From contig JBMFJD010000004.1 in the NCBI GenBank assembly GCA_049974095.1, forward strand, positions 35,080-67,079: DNA of 32,000 bases. Reading direction: 5' to 3'. Made by a program: the position numbers and the translations under genes. Numbering within the stretch: position 1 is the stretch's first letter; the number at the start of each line of letters is the position of its first letter. This DNA is from Nanopusillaceae archaeon. GTDB taxonomy: Archaea > Nanobdellota > Nanobdellia > Nanobdellales > Nanobdellaceae. Under the pieces are notes generated by a model. That model was given only the letters and a program-made list of their open reading frames with translations, made no database searches and was not told the origin of the DNA. This document shows positions 31,240 to 32,000 of this stretch, piece by piece.

Positions 31240-32000
31240 TTATGATAAAATAAGTAATCCTAACGATAGAGCTAAAGCAAGTAATGGATAATAAATATCT
31301 TGGCTAACTACTAATGAAGAAGATGAAGTAGGATAGTTTACCAAAAAATTATATTGGGCATTTCCTATATAATTATTATTTACATTTACTCCGATTTGTA
31401 AATTTGAAGAACCTACATATAATGGAATTAAAGAAAATGTAATAATAGAAGAATTTCCTGGTTGTAATGAAGGAATATTAATACTATTTATGTTATTTAT
31501 TGATAATCCATTATAAATTATCTCTGGATTATTTGATGGATAATTTAATATTAAATTAATATTATTTATTGTAGTATTTCCTATATTTGTTATATTTAAT
31601 ATTAATTGAAATTCTCCAGATCCTAAATTTAAATTAAATGTATTTCCTATAGGATGTAACTTTATATTTTGATTTACTGGAACCAAATATGCTTGCATTT
31701 GTATTAATCCGTATAAAGTAGTTGTTGCTAAGTTTTGAATTATTTGGGTATAACAGTTCGATGTTCCTGCATTTGTAGATGCACATACTGTTAAATTTGT
31801 ATATGAACTATAAGGTAATGGTAGTATTTTAGAGAAATAATTTGAATTTGGATTTGTTGAATTTATATTATTTCCATTATCAGATACATTTACTGATGTT
31901 ATTATAGATGAATTTGAATATACTGAAATATTTGCTATTATATTACTATTTGTTATATTCAATAAATTAATTGAAATTATTGGTATATTAGTTCCAGGAG
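31240..32000 (-). CDS. Surface protein with C-terminal membrane anchor (5' end outside the window)
   Basis: The frame stays open past the listed TTG start at 31962 to the window edge. It is N/S/T/I-rich with almost no charged residues and many sequons. LILNITNIGNTTINNINLILNYP...IPSLQPGNSSIITFSLIPLYVGSSNLQIGV resembles a CARDB-like Ig fold. The C-terminal YYPLLALALSLGLLILS is a TM anchor. Confidence 0.55.
   Translation of the reverse strand, partial: PGTNIPIISINLLNITNSNIIANISVYSNSSIITSVNVSDNGNNINSTNPNSNYFSKILPLPYSSYTNLTVCASTNAGTSNCYTQIIQNLATTTLYGLIQMQAYLVPVNQNIKLHPIGNTFNLNLGSGEFQLILNITNIGNTTINNINLILNYPSNNPEIIYNGLSINNINSINIPSLQPGNSSIITFSLIPLYVGSSNLQIGVNVNNNYIGNAQYNFLVNYPTSSSSLVVSQDIYYPLLALALSLGLLILS

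Noticed and set aside
1-32000. CRISPR arrays, cas genes, transposases/IS elements, toxin-antitoxin pairs or known defence systems.
   Set aside because: I saw no regularly spaced direct repeats and no recognisable Cas, transposase, integrase, restriction-modification or TA motifs in any frame.

Overview
The window looks like a very AT-rich, tightly packed archaeal chromosome segment. By eye it is roughly one quarter G+C. Many genes overlap by 1-41 nt, often as ATGA stop/start overlaps. TATA-like octamers sit about 26 nt upstream of many ATGs, which suggests leaderless mRNAs.

I could not run any database search. All calls rest on motif recognition in the supplied translations and on hand folding of RNAs.

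**Content.** Most genes are informational housekeeping:
- A rearranged ribosomal-protein cluster: S17-L14-L24-S4e-L5-L6-L32e.
- A secY-DUF106-L34e-L14e block, plus S19e, L37Ae and L40e.
- RNA polymerase subunits P and E', and Spt4.
- GluRS, TrpRS, TruD and Pth2.
- RNase P protein Rpp21, a fused PriS-PriL primase, SepF, prefoldin beta, a Pcc1-like protein, a ZPR1-like protein, an S2P protease and ThpR.
- Five structural RNAs stand out, four of them as GC-rich islands: tRNA-Gly(UCC), tRNA-Ser(CGA), tRNA-Ala(CGC), an isolated 5S rRNA and a textbook archaeal C/D box sRNA.

**Likely source.** GC-rich RNAs in an AT-rich genome, the fused primase, the fragmented r-protein operon, missing adk/cmk and the extreme compaction all point to a thermophilic, genome-reduced DPANN / Nanoarchaeota-like archaeon. 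This is inference only.

**Most interesting loci.**
1. 495-5110: a HerA/FtsK-type ATPase translationally coupled to a 703-aa sequon-laden surface protein and small type IV pilin-like proteins. No canonical pilus ATPase or platform gene is present.
2. 24498-28297: an orphan 558-aa protein followed by an endonuclease IV-like TIM barrel that keeps all nine metal-ligand positions but is split by a ~330-aa helical insertion. Both proteins carry SHOCT-like motifs.
3. 16962-17390: the Rpp21 ORF has no stop codon before the 5S rRNA gene and reads through it. A 5S promoter lies inside the coding region.
4. 16403-16452: a C/D box sRNA overlaps the 5' end of a DUF488 gene. One guide is complementary to the conserved 5' terminus of SSU rRNA.
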